From assembly GCA_964414345.1 (NCBI GenBank), contig CAYPWF010000004.1, forward strand, positions 23,865 to 87,864: DNA of 64,000 bases, in the 5' to 3' direction. A program made the position numbers and the translations under genes. This DNA is from an uncultured Desulfarculaceae bacterium. Lineage in GTDB: Bacteria > Desulfobacterota > Desulfocorpusculales > Desulfocorpusculum. How positions within the stretch are numbered: position 1 is the first letter of the stretch; every line of letters starts with the position of its first letter. Below, piece by piece: positions 38,829 to 47,837 of this stretch. The notes below the pieces were generated by a model. It did no database searches. It had not been told where the DNA came from and saw nothing but the letters and a program-made list of their open reading frames with translations.

Positions 38829-39464
38829 ATGGGGCAAGCGGTGGTCAAACAGTTTCTGGTCAGCCAGATGGCTGTATTTGCTTATCTGGTGGGAGATGTG
38901 GAAAGCGGGGAGGCTGCGGTAATAGATCCTGCAGCCGGCACTGATCAGATCTTGGCCGAAGCCGGGAGACTGGGGCTCAGGATCAAGATGATCATCAATA
39001 CGCACGGGCATGTAGACCATGTGATGGGCAACGCCCAGATGAAGGAACTGACCGGGGCTTCCATACTCATTCATGAGGCCGACGCCTCTTGGATGCACAA
39101 ACAGTCTCCCTCCATGTTCCAGATGTTCGGAGGAAGACCCTCCCCCCCCGCGGACAAGACCCTCAGGGATGGAGACCAGATTCAGGTGGGTGGGGTGAGC
39201 CTTGAAGTATTGCACACCCCTGGTCATTCGCCGGGAGCCGTTTGTCTTTATATGCCTCAAGCGGTTTTCACGGGAGATACGCTTTTTGTGGGTGGGGTTG
39301 GAAGAACAGATCTGCCGGGGGGCTCCTGGCAGGTGCTCTTGGATTCCATACACAGGAAGCTCTTCAGCCTCCCGGCCGATACGGTGGTGTACCCTGGGCA
39401 CCACTACGGGCCCTCACCCAAAAGCACCATAGGCAGGGAAAGGGACACCAATCCATATCTTTGA
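38829..39464 (+). CDS. MBL-fold metallo-hydrolase (glyoxalase II-like)
   Basis: The conserved body starts at the ATG at 38829 (MGQAVVKQFLV...). HGHVDH and HTPGHSPG metal-binding motifs. The ORF opening at 38691 overlaps a repeat element. Confidence 0.8.
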   Translation: MGQAVVKQFLVSQMAVFAYLVGDVESGEAAVIDPAAGTDQILAEAGRLGLRIKMIINTHGHVDHVMGNAQMKELTGASILIHEADASWMHKQSPSMFQMFGGRPSPPADKTLRDGDQIQVGGVSLEVLHTPGHSPGAVCLYMPQAVFTGDTLFVGGVGRTDLPGGSWQVLLDSIHRKLFSLPADTVVYPGHHYGPSPKSTIGRERDTNPYL

Positions 39465-39472
39465 ACCTAATT

Positions 39473-39830
39473 CAAAGACACCCTGTCTTTCGGCTTCGCA
39501 GTCTGTTCTGGTTTGAGTCGGAAAATGCCAAAGCTTAAGGGGGGGCTTGGGGGCTTGAGCCCCCAAAGTCACCGGCTTTGGAGACTTAAGCTACTACCGC
39601 CTAAAGGCCTTAGGTTTGGCGGGCCAAACATGCCCCGTCGAAGGAATTCGACTCGGCAGCCCGCCGCAAACCACCGGCTTCAGACGGTGGTTGTTGAGTC
39701 GTAACGGCTAAAACCGCCGACTTCAGTCGGGGGACGTGCGCACCCTGCGCCTTCGGCACATACCAAAGTCTTCGCCTGAAGGCGAGGGGTTTTCTGCCAT
39801 TCCCCGAGTGGGACAACAATCCGGGTTAGT
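39473..39830 (+). repeat. Repeat element copy D, carrying a ~225-bp GC-rich, highly structured insertion (39586-39812) before its conserved 3' end
   Basis: 5' part: CAAAGACACCCTG...GGTTTGAGTCGGAAAATG...GGGGGCTTGAGCCCCCAAAGT...GGCTTTGGAGA. 3' end: ACAATCCGGGTTAG at 39817-39830. The insertion is made of multiple short hairpins (GGCGGGC...GCCCGCC, CCACCGG...CGGTGG, CCGAC-TTCA-GTCGG, GCGCA-CCC-TGCGC). Confidence 0.6.
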
Positions 39831-39833
39831 AGT

Positions 39834-40826
39834 TCAAGGGCAGGCGCTCTTGATAAGCTTTAGGTGCTGTTGTAGTTCACTGTCCGAGGGATCCAAGGAT
39901 ACGGCTTTTTCAGCACATGCAAGGGCCTCGGCCGCTCTTCCCATGCGAAAGAGGGCCCAAGCCCTGGCATCCCAAGCCGCGGGGTCTTCCGGATCCCCCT
40001 TCACAGCCGCCTCGGCCCAATGAAGGGCCTCTTCAAGATCCCCCTTGGAACGCCCCAGAAGTTTGGCCAGAAGGGCTGCGGCTCGAGGAGAGCCTGGATC
40101 CAACTCCAAAGCCTTCCTGTAGTCCTCTTCAGCCTTGCCGGTCTCTCCCCTCGCTTCAAGCACAGAGCCCCTGGCCAGCCTGAGCTCCGATGCTTCCGGG
40201 GCCATTTGCACAGCTTTGTCCAGGTCTTCCAGTGCCTCTAGCTCCTGTCCCAAGATGAGATGAACCGTGCCTCTGGACATAAGGGGATCCACCCATTTAG
40301 GGGCCATTTCCATGGCTTTGGTGAAATCCTCAAGGGCCAAGTCATAGTCACCTGAGACCAGGTAGGCATGCCCCCTGGCGTTAAGCACATCGGGCATGTG
40401 GGGTTGGATCTCAAGGGCCTTGCTTAGGTCTCTTATGGCCTCCTCGTACTGCTCCAAACAGAATCTTGCCAGGCCCCTCACCGCATAAGCCCCTGCCCAC
40501 TCGGGGTTAAGCTCTATGGCTTTGCTGTAATCTTGTAAGGCCTGTTCCATCATGCCCAGATTAGCCTTGCACACGCCTCTGTTGTACAAGGCCTGAACCT
40601 GTCCAGGATCCAGAGACAATACCCTGGTATAATCATCCATGGCACTTTGGTATTGGCCCATGGCGAATCGGGCGCTCCCCCTCTGAAGGAGAATGGATGG
40701 ATCATCAGGACTCAAGTCCAATGCTCGGCTGAAATGAAGCTCCGCCTCTTGAAAACGTCCGGCCTCCATGCACTCCCCCCCAAGGGATATCTCCTCTTGG
40801 GCCTTCTCAAGTCTTGCTTCTTCCAT
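39834..40826 (-). CDS. Tetratricopeptide repeat protein
   Basis: 330 aa of tandem 34-residue TPR units (repeated A..Y......G/A....A pattern). Confidence 0.8.
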   Translation of the reverse strand: MEEARLEKAQEEISLGGECMEAGRFQEAELHFSRALDLSPDDPSILLQRGSARFAMGQYQSAMDDYTRVLSLDPGQVQALYNRGVCKANLGMMEQALQDYSKAIELNPEWAGAYAVRGLARFCLEQYEEAIRDLSKALEIQPHMPDVLNARGHAYLVSGDYDLALEDFTKAMEMAPKWVDPLMSRGTVHLILGQELEALEDLDKAVQMAPEASELRLARGSVLEARGETGKAEEDYRKALELDPGSPRAAALLAKLLGRSKGDLEEALHWAEAAVKGDPEDPAAWDARAWALFRMGRAAEALACAEKAVSLDPSDSELQQHLKLIKSACP

Positions 40827-40916
40827 GGGGTCCCCCTATAGATTCTTGTTCTTTCCATGTGGCCTCACTAGAGTTTACCCCGGAGTTCTCGCATTATCAT
40901 CTCCCATCCTAGAATT

Positions 40917-42959
40917 TCAAACATGGAAGTTTTTGCCCAGGACCTTCTTGCTTACTCCAGCCTGATCCAGGTGCATGGTGATTCCTCCGAGGAAAAAGGG
41001 CCACCCAGCCCCCAGGATCATGGCTGTGTCTATGTCCTTGGGGCTGGCCACCACCCCCTCCTTGAGCATCAGGTCACACTCTGTGCAGAGCACCTCCAGG
41101 GTTTCCTCCACAATTTGCTCCCTGGTGCGTTTCACAGGAGGATTTTTCCTTTCCCAAAGAGCCACCACTTCAGGGTCTTCACCAAAACCCTTTTCCGTCA
41201 GGGTATAGAAGGATTTCTTCCCCGCCTCCACCAAGCGCACCAGATTTTCGCTAACCGGAAAGCGATCAGGAAACGCAGCATGCATTACCCTGTTCACATG
41301 GAGCCCCACTGCAGGACCCACTAGCCCCATCAGGGTAAACGGCCCCATGGGCATGCCCAAAGAGCGTATTGCCTCATCCACCTCAGTAAAGGAGCTTCCC
41401 TCGTCTGCTGCCTTGATTCCCACACCGGTCCAAACCGTAAGCAGCCTGTTGACCAGGAACCCAGGGGAATCTTTTACCAGCACTGCGCTCTTCCTAAGTC
41501 TCTTGCAAAGTTCGAAGGCTGTAGCCAGAGAAGTTTGAGATGTGTTGGCAGCCTTTATCACCTCCACAAGGGGCATGACCGAGACTGGATTGAAGAAATG
41601 GATGCCTACAACCCTTTCCGGATGCTTCAGCTTGGAGGCCATCTGCGTCACCGAAAGGGAAGAGGTATTGGTGGCCAAGATACATGACTCGGCTATCACC
41701 TCCTCGGCCTCTGCGAACACTTTTTGCTTTATCTCCATTTGTTCGAAGACCGCCTCCAGCACCAGGCTGCACTCGGCAAAGGGCCCGTAATCCAATGTGG
41801 GATGGAGGAGGCTGAAAAGGTAATCAGCCTTGGAGCGCTCAAGGCGTTTTTTCTGAACCAGCTTGTCCAATTCTTCTCTCACGTGCCGGACTCCCTTTTC
41901 AAGGAATTCCTGTTTCACATCCTTCATAACCACAGGCACCCCCAGGTTCCTAAGAAAAAGGACTGCCAGCTGCGAGGCCATGAGTCCGGCACCTATGAGC
42001 CCCACCTTGAAGACCGGGACAGCTTGGGCTTCCGGGCGGCCTACCTGCTTTTTGACCCTTCTCTGAACCAGGTCAAAGCTATAGACCGAGGCCTTGAACT
42101 GGTCAGACACTATGAGCTCGGCCAGGATTTCCGTCTCTTTTGAAAATCCTTCATCCAGGCTCCACCCGAGGCTTCCCTCCAGCAGCTCCAGGGCCTTGTA
42201 AGGAGCCTTGGGGGCGTTTCTGACCCTCTCCCACACAAAACTCCGGGCCTTTTCAAGTGCTTGACTGGCTGATGAGTTGTCTGGGGCTTTTCTTTGGGGT
42301 TTCTCAGTCCCCTCCAGAAGCCCCATGGTGAACTTGATGGTCTCGTCCAGGAACTCAACGGGCTCAAAGAGCTTGTCGGCCAGTCCCATATCAAAGGCCT
42401 GGGAGCCGTTGAGCATCCGGTTCTGGCTTAGGGGATTAGTTATGATCAGTTGCAGGGCGTTTTCCATGCCCACAAGGCGGGGGGTCAACTGGGTGCCGCC
42501 CCAGCCTGGGACCAAACCGATGAAACACTCTGGGAAAGCCACTGCCGGGACACCGCTGGAAATGGTCCTGTACTTGCAATGAAGAGCTATCTCAAGTCCT
42601 CCCCCCATACAGGCGCCGTTTATGGCGGCCACTGTTGGATAAGGCAGTTCCATGATCCTTCTGAAGGCCGAGTGGCCTTGTTTCCCAGCCTCCAAAGCTT
42701 GCTCAAGGGAGCTGATGCTGCCTGCATCGGTGAGGTCTGCCCCCACGCAGAAGATGTAAGGTTTTCCTGTTATTATGAGGGCTCGAACCAAGGGATCCGC
42801 CTCAATCTTGTCCAAAGCCCGGTTAAGGCTTTCCAGAGCCCCTGCCCCAAGGGTGTTGGGCTTGCGGTAATCCTCCCCGTTGTCCATTGTTAGAATAGCT
42901 ATTCTGCCGCAAGGGGAATCGTAAAAGCTCGGATAGAAATTGGTTACCAGCTCGGCCAT
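40917..42959 (-). CDS. Fatty acid oxidation multifunctional protein: enoyl-CoA hydratase plus 3-hydroxyacyl-CoA dehydrogenase (FadB/FadJ-like)
   Basis: 680 aa. N-terminal crotonase fold. Central NAD-binding GLIGAGLMASQLA. C-terminal 3HCDH domain. Confidence 0.82.
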   Translation of the reverse strand: MAELVTNFYPSFYDSPCGRIAILTMDNGEDYRKPNTLGAGALESLNRALDKIEADPLVRALIITGKPYIFCVGADLTDAGSISSLEQALEAGKQGHSAFRRIMELPYPTVAAINGACMGGGLEIALHCKYRTISSGVPAVAFPECFIGLVPGWGGTQLTPRLVGMENALQLIITNPLSQNRMLNGSQAFDMGLADKLFEPVEFLDETIKFTMGLLEGTEKPQRKAPDNSSASQALEKARSFVWERVRNAPKAPYKALELLEGSLGWSLDEGFSKETEILAELIVSDQFKASVYSFDLVQRRVKKQVGRPEAQAVPVFKVGLIGAGLMASQLAVLFLRNLGVPVVMKDVKQEFLEKGVRHVREELDKLVQKKRLERSKADYLFSLLHPTLDYGPFAECSLVLEAVFEQMEIKQKVFAEAEEVIAESCILATNTSSLSVTQMASKLKHPERVVGIHFFNPVSVMPLVEVIKAANTSQTSLATAFELCKRLRKSAVLVKDSPGFLVNRLLTVWTGVGIKAADEGSSFTEVDEAIRSLGMPMGPFTLMGLVGPAVGLHVNRVMHAAFPDRFPVSENLVRLVEAGKKSFYTLTEKGFGEDPEVVALWERKNPPVKRTREQIVEETLEVLCTECDLMLKEGVVASPKDIDTAMILGAGWPFFLGGITMHLDQAGVSKKVLGKNFHV

Positions 42960-43015
42960 AAGACTTGCTCCTTTCTATGGAAACTCGGCTTGGGTCTTGC
43001 TTTCCTGGGCCTGGA

Positions 43016-44197
43016 CTAAGCCTGGAGGTTTTCCCATATCACAGTTCCGCCCTGCCCCAGCCCCACACACATAGTAGTCATCCCGTAACGAACTTGTGGC
43101 CTTTCCCCAAAAAGGTGCATCAGGTGCGCCATGAGCCTGGGCCCGGAGGCAGCCAAAGGATGCCCGAAGGCAATGGCTCCACCCCACGGGTTCAGCCTTG
43201 GATCCTCCTCCTCCAGACCGAATTCTTTCATGAAAACTATGCACTGAACCGCAAAGGCTTCGTTGAGCTCTATAAGCCCTATATCCTTCATGGAAAGCCC
43301 CGCGGTCTTCAAAGCCTTGTGCGTAGCGGGAATGGGTCCCAGGCCCATGACCTCCGGCCTTACACCTGCATACGCAAAGGAAACCAGTCGCATTTTGGGC
43401 TTCAAGCCCAGCTCTAGGGCCTTGTCCAAGCTCATGAGAAGGCAGCCTGCAGCCCCGTCGTTGAGCCCTGACGAATTCCCGGCAGTCACCTTCCCCTGGA
43501 TTCTAAAAGGAGTCTTCAGGTCCCGAAGCCCCTCCAGCGTGGTATCGGGCCTGGGCTGCTGGTCCCTGTCCGCCACTGCCCAGCCCTCTTTTGTGTACAC
43601 GGTCATGGGAACTATGGTGCGGTTGATCTTGCCTTCTTGGATTGCTTTGGCAGCTTTGCGCTGGCTCCACAGAGCGTACTTGTCCGCCTGTTCCTTGGTT
43701 ATTTCAGGGAACATATCAAAAAGGTTTTCTGCCGTGGATCCCATAACCAGTGCCGAGGGATCCACCAGCTTCTCCGCCAAAAAGCGCGGATTGGGATCTG
43801 CCGTGGCTCCCATGGGGTGGTGCCCCATGTGCTCCACCCCTCCTGCAATGGCTATGTCGCAGGCTCCTAGAGCGATCTCTGCAGCGGCGGTGGTCACCGC
43901 TGTCATACCTCCGGCGCACATGCGGTCAACAGCGCATCCCGAGGTGCTGGCAGGGAGGCCGGCCAGTATCGCAGTAACGCGTCCTATGGTCAGCCCCTGG
44001 TCCTTCTCCTGAGTTGTGGCGCCCCACACATTCTCCTCCACCATATCAGGCTGTACCTGGGGATTCCTCCTAAGCAGCTCCCTTATTACCTTGACCACCA
44101 TGTCGTCTGCGCGGGTCTGCCAAAAAATTCCCTTTTCACCTGCTTTTCCAAAGGCTGTTCTGCAGGAGTCCACCATTACCACGTCTCTTGCTTTCAT
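43016..44197 (-). CDS. Acetyl-CoA C-acyltransferase (3-ketoacyl-CoA thiolase)
   Basis: The thiolase N-terminus MKARDVVMVDSCRTAFGKAG begins at the ATG whose reverse complement ends at 44197 (RBS GGAGGA 8 nt upstream). The upstream in-frame 57 aa are likely not translated. Active-site Cys region VDRMCAGG and C-terminal CVGLGQG. Confidence 0.85.
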   Translation of the reverse strand: MKARDVVMVDSCRTAFGKAGEKGIFWQTRADDMVVKVIRELLRRNPQVQPDMVEENVWGATTQEKDQGLTIGRVTAILAGLPASTSGCAVDRMCAGGMTAVTTAAAEIALGACDIAIAGGVEHMGHHPMGATADPNPRFLAEKLVDPSALVMGSTAENLFDMFPEITKEQADKYALWSQRKAAKAIQEGKINRTIVPMTVYTKEGWAVADRDQQPRPDTTLEGLRDLKTPFRIQGKVTAGNSSGLNDGAAGCLLMSLDKALELGLKPKMRLVSFAYAGVRPEVMGLGPIPATHKALKTAGLSMKDIGLIELNEAFAVQCIVFMKEFGLEEEDPRLNPWGGAIAFGHPLAASGPRLMAHLMHLFGERPQVRYGMTTMCVGLGQGGTVIWENLQA

Positions 44198-44479
44198 GGG
44201 CTGGTCCTCCCATTTGGGGTTCAGTGGCCCTGGGGCCTTCCTGGAAGGGGCCCCAGGGGTTTGAGCATGTGCAAGGTTTTGAGGTTCATTCCTGATTATG
44301 AGCCCAGGCCGGACTGGTTGGGGGCTGCAGCTGCAGCCCCCAATATGCCTGGCCCTATCCGGTTTCAAGAGAAGACCGGCTCTCGAATGGTAAATCAGGG
44401 TTTCCTGGAGCTTGAGTCATTTGATCCCTGGGTGCCGTAATCTCAGCCTGTATTAACCACCGATCCTGAACAATTCAGG

Positions 44480-46339
44480 TTAGGCCGCTGAAAAAGCAGT
44501 CTCTGGGATCTCCAAGGGAGATCTGTCCGAAGACTTTATCACCTGGGCCTTGGCCTGACTCAAGGCAAGAAAAGTGTTGGCAAAGTACCGGGCTGAGGAT
44601 ATCTTTCCCACATAATAGGAAGCCTCACGGTTCTCCTCTGAAAAGGCGGCCATGGCTTCCTGAGACACCCCCTTCTCCGCAGCCAAAGCCTGGAGTTTTT
44701 CATTGGCGATTTTGGCTTGCCAAAGCAGTTGCCAGCCTATTACCAAGTCTCCGAAGAGTTCCAGGAAGGGGCAGGCATAAAGCACCGGCACGGTCAGGTC
44801 CTCCCTGGCTTTGGTGGCAAAGAACATGGCCACCTCGGCCACAGCGTTTTTGGCCTTATCCAGCAGTGAGATCTCTGTGCCAAGGATTGGATGGTCTTTG
44901 GAGGACTCTACAAACTGGCTCACCTCACCCAGGAAGCTCATAAATACCATGCCTTTGCCCATCCCTAGTTTGCGAGCCACAAGGTCCAGGGCCTGAATGC
45001 CATTGGTACCCTCATATATGGAGGAGATTTTTATATCCCTCAAAAACTGCTCCACAGGATATTCCCGGATGTACCCGTAGCCTCCATGCACCTGAAGCGC
45101 CGTCTCTACCACCCTAAAACCCATGTCGGTGCTGTAGGCCTTGACAACCGGGGTTAGCAAATCCACGAAACCCATCCAGCGGCTTCGCTCAGCATCGCTT
45201 TCGGCCGTGCGGGCCCGATCAGTGCAATAGGCCACAAAGTAAATCATGCCCCGTACCCCTTCGGTTATGCTTTTCATGTACATGAGCATTCGTCTTACAT
45301 CGGGGTGCCTGATTATAGGTACTCGGGGCGCTTCCGGATTTCTGAACTCCCTTATGTCCGAGCCCTGAATTCTTTCCCTGGCATACTTGAGGGCATGCAG
45401 ATAAGCTGTGGAAGCAATAGCCAAACCCTGGAGGCCGACTCCTATGCGGGCCTCGTTCATCATCTGGAACATTATGCGCATGCCCTCGTTTTCTTCACCC
45501 AATAATTCCCCTATGCAGCGACCCTCGTCACCGAAGTTGAGCACGCAAGTGGGCGAGCCGTGAAGGCCCATCTTGTGCTCAATTCCCCCCACGTGAATGT
45601 CATTGGGTTCCCCCAAGGAGCCGTCAGGGTTTACCCTTATCTTGGGCACAATGAACAAAGAGATGCCCTTGGTGCCCGCAGGAGCCCCCTCTATTCTGGC
45701 CAAGACCGGATGGATAATGTTTTCAGTGAGGTTGTGATTCCCGTCCGTGATGAAGATCTTGGTGCCTGTGATGGAAAAAGTCCCGTCCGGGTTCCTCTTG
45801 GCACTCGTCTTGAGAGCCCCTACGTCGCTTCCGGCTTGCGGCTCGGTCAAACACATGGTGCCGGCCCATTCCCCGGAAAACATCTTAAGCATGTATTTTT
45901 CTTTTTGTTCCGGAGTGCCGTAATTCTCTATGAGTCTGGCGGCCCCGTGGGTCAGACCGGGGAATGTGGTGAATGCCGGATTGGCAGCCACGAAGTACTC
46001 GTTGCAAGCAATGCCCAAGACCGAAGGCATGCCTTGGCCCCCCACATCAGGAGACTCGCTCATGGCTATCCAGCCGCCTTCGGTGTAAAGTTTCCAGGCC
46101 TTGTGAAATGCCTCAGGTACAGTGACCAAGTCCCCGTCCCTCTTGGCTCCTTCCCTGTCCCCCAGCACATTGGTAGGCATGATGTCGTTCACGGCCAGCT
46201 TTTGGGCCTCTCGGAGCGTCATCTCAAAAATGTCTTTGGAGAAATCCGCGTAGAGCGGATACTTGCAAAGCTCTTCCACCTTCAATTGCTCGAAGAGCAC
46301 AAAAGCCGCATCCTGCTCATCCACCAGTAGGTTCGCCAT
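44480..46339 (-). CDS. Long-type acyl-CoA dehydrogenase (FadE-like, with C-terminal extension)
   Basis: 619 aa. ACAD N-terminal, middle and C-terminal domains plus the extra C-terminal domain typical of large FadE-type enzymes. First gene of a FadE-thiolase-FadB operon on the minus strand. Confidence 0.82.
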   Translation of the reverse strand: MANLLVDEQDAAFVLFEQLKVEELCKYPLYADFSKDIFEMTLREAQKLAVNDIMPTNVLGDREGAKRDGDLVTVPEAFHKAWKLYTEGGWIAMSESPDVGGQGMPSVLGIACNEYFVAANPAFTTFPGLTHGAARLIENYGTPEQKEKYMLKMFSGEWAGTMCLTEPQAGSDVGALKTSAKRNPDGTFSITGTKIFITDGNHNLTENIIHPVLARIEGAPAGTKGISLFIVPKIRVNPDGSLGEPNDIHVGGIEHKMGLHGSPTCVLNFGDEGRCIGELLGEENEGMRIMFQMMNEARIGVGLQGLAIASTAYLHALKYARERIQGSDIREFRNPEAPRVPIIRHPDVRRMLMYMKSITEGVRGMIYFVAYCTDRARTAESDAERSRWMGFVDLLTPVVKAYSTDMGFRVVETALQVHGGYGYIREYPVEQFLRDIKISSIYEGTNGIQALDLVARKLGMGKGMVFMSFLGEVSQFVESSKDHPILGTEISLLDKAKNAVAEVAMFFATKAREDLTVPVLYACPFLELFGDLVIGWQLLWQAKIANEKLQALAAEKGVSQEAMAAFSEENREASYYVGKISSARYFANTFLALSQAKAQVIKSSDRSPLEIPETAFSAA

Positions 46340-46435
46340 GCCGCTTCCCTCCTTGTCTCCTTTTGAGTTCTGTGTGGAGCCCTCTTGCCCCTCGGTTCAG
46401 AGCCGTTCTTGCAGGGGAACTAGTCCGGGATTTGA

Positions 46436-46456
46436 ATGACTGAATCATCATTCAGT
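46436..46456. promoter_or_regulatory. Perfect 7-bp inverted repeat (ACTGAAT-N5-ATTCAGT), candidate operator in the divergent region upstream of the beta-oxidation operon
   Basis: TGACTGAATCATCATTCAGTA lies ~100 bp upstream of the start (46339) of the minus-strand acyl-CoA dehydrogenase gene and ~300 bp upstream of the PilZ gene. Confidence 0.35.
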
Positions 46457-46758
46457 AACGTGCGCACCCTATCATGAACCCCTGGGAGCTGTCAACAGCT
46501 CAATACTTGGCTTTCACAACTGGTTAATATTGCGAATTATTTTGTCCATATTGTGGCAGAAATTGATTCGGACTCGAAAAGGGTATGACTTTCTTTAGCC
46601 CGGATTCGACTTGGAGCATGTAAAGGTTTGAAGACAGGACTTGAGGGAAAGGCCGCTTCCCGAGAAAAGCGACCCGAATCGGCCAAGAATCCGGATTCAC
46701 TTTGAGCTTGTGCTTGCAAGCTTGAGGAGTATTTGCTATTGATGCCTACTTGTGATCA

Positions 46759-47184
46759 ATGGGGAGGGAGGAAGAGGTGGGAAGGCAGGAAAGGCGCCGA
46801 GAGGCCCGCTCAGCCCTGAAGGCTCGGGTGCGATTCAGGATCGTGAGGCAGGGACCGGATATGAAGGTTTCAGAGCCCTTGGAAGGGAAAGTGAGGGACC
46901 TTGCCCTGCACGGCATATCCATGGAGACCAATCAGATAGTGGCCGATGGACTTCACATCTCTTACGACCGCCACCCAGCCGAGCGCAATAGAATTTTCCT
47001 CCAGGTGCAGGTGCCGGAGGTGGGAACGATTAAGGCCGTAGGGGAAACGGTTTGGTATGAGAGGATAACGCCTGGAGAGTCTCGTTTTGTAGTAGGCCTT
47101 CGTTTTGTGGAGGTTTCAAAGGAAGACAGGGCTTTGCTAAGCCGGTATCTCTCTGGCGGAAAGGCCGAATTTCGGGGAAGGTAG
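46759..47184 (+). CDS. PilZ domain protein (putative c-di-GMP receptor); the start may be the in-frame GTG at 46777
   Basis: 141 aa. N-terminal RRREAR (RxxxR) followed by a DLALHGISME region compatible with PilZ D/NxSxxG. Beta-barrel-like remainder. Confidence 0.55.
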   Translation: MGREEEVGRQERRREARSALKARVRFRIVRQGPDMKVSEPLEGKVRDLALHGISMETNQIVADGLHISYDRHPAERNRIFLQVQVPEVGTIKAVGETVWYERITPGESRFVVGLRFVEVSKEDRALLSRYLSGGKAEFRGR

Positions 47185-47837
47185 TGTTGGAAAAAACAAC
47201 ATATGTTGAAGAGCTCTACAGGAAAGCCAAGGGCTTATATTTTTAAAAGTTTAAGGGGGGGTGTAGGATATCACTACACTTTTATGAGGGGGGCTTGGGG
47301 AGGCCCTGGGGGGTCAATTCTAATGATTGCAGATAGTTGAACACGTGGCCCACCATGGGTACGAGACTTGCAAGTATTTAGCGCAAACTAAGGCTTTTCT
47401 GGGAGGGGCCGGACCTGTTGGAGTGGAGGTGGTTTTCTGAACCGGAGGCTGTGCTATAGAAGGCTGCAGAAGTATCTGGGGCGGATGCAGGGGTTGGGGC
47501 GGAAGAAACAGGAGGAGGCGGCAGTAGAGCTGACTTGGTGAGGCTGGGATTAGACTAAGCTGCTTGAGCTGAGATTCGTGCTGAAAGTGGGGGCCGGGCT
47601 AAGGGCCTGGCCCAAGGCAGAGCAGGGCTTCTTGAGGGCTTTGCGGAGGATGGGTTCGGTCTCTCCTGATTTTCTTTTTGAGAGTGGAGTCGGGGCAAAG
47701 GGCGGCTGATCCGGACAGGTAAACGGCAGCCCGGGTCAGAGGAAAGGGAGCCGCTTTGCCCTGTGATCCATTTTTTGGAAGCCCCGTGGCAAAGAAGTTT
47801 TCCCAAAATCCAGAGACGAGGGAAAGGAGAGGTGGAT

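Noticed and set aside
39640-39660. tRNA/tmRNA-like hairpin GTCGAA-GGAA-TTCGAC and RNase-P-like AATCCGGGCTAG motifs
   Set aside because: The hairpin loop is 4 nt, not a 7-nt T-loop. There is no acceptor stem/CCA context and no tag-peptide ORF. The RNase-P-like motif is the multicopy 3' block of the repeat family (8 or more copies), so it cannot be rnpB.
47356-47373. Sigma-54-like element TGGGTACGAGACTTGCA upstream of sat
   Set aside because: The GG-N10-GC spacing is correct, but the -24 box is poor (GGGTAC vs GGCAC). It lies 465 bp from the start codon and no EBP gene is nearby, so it is too weak to call.
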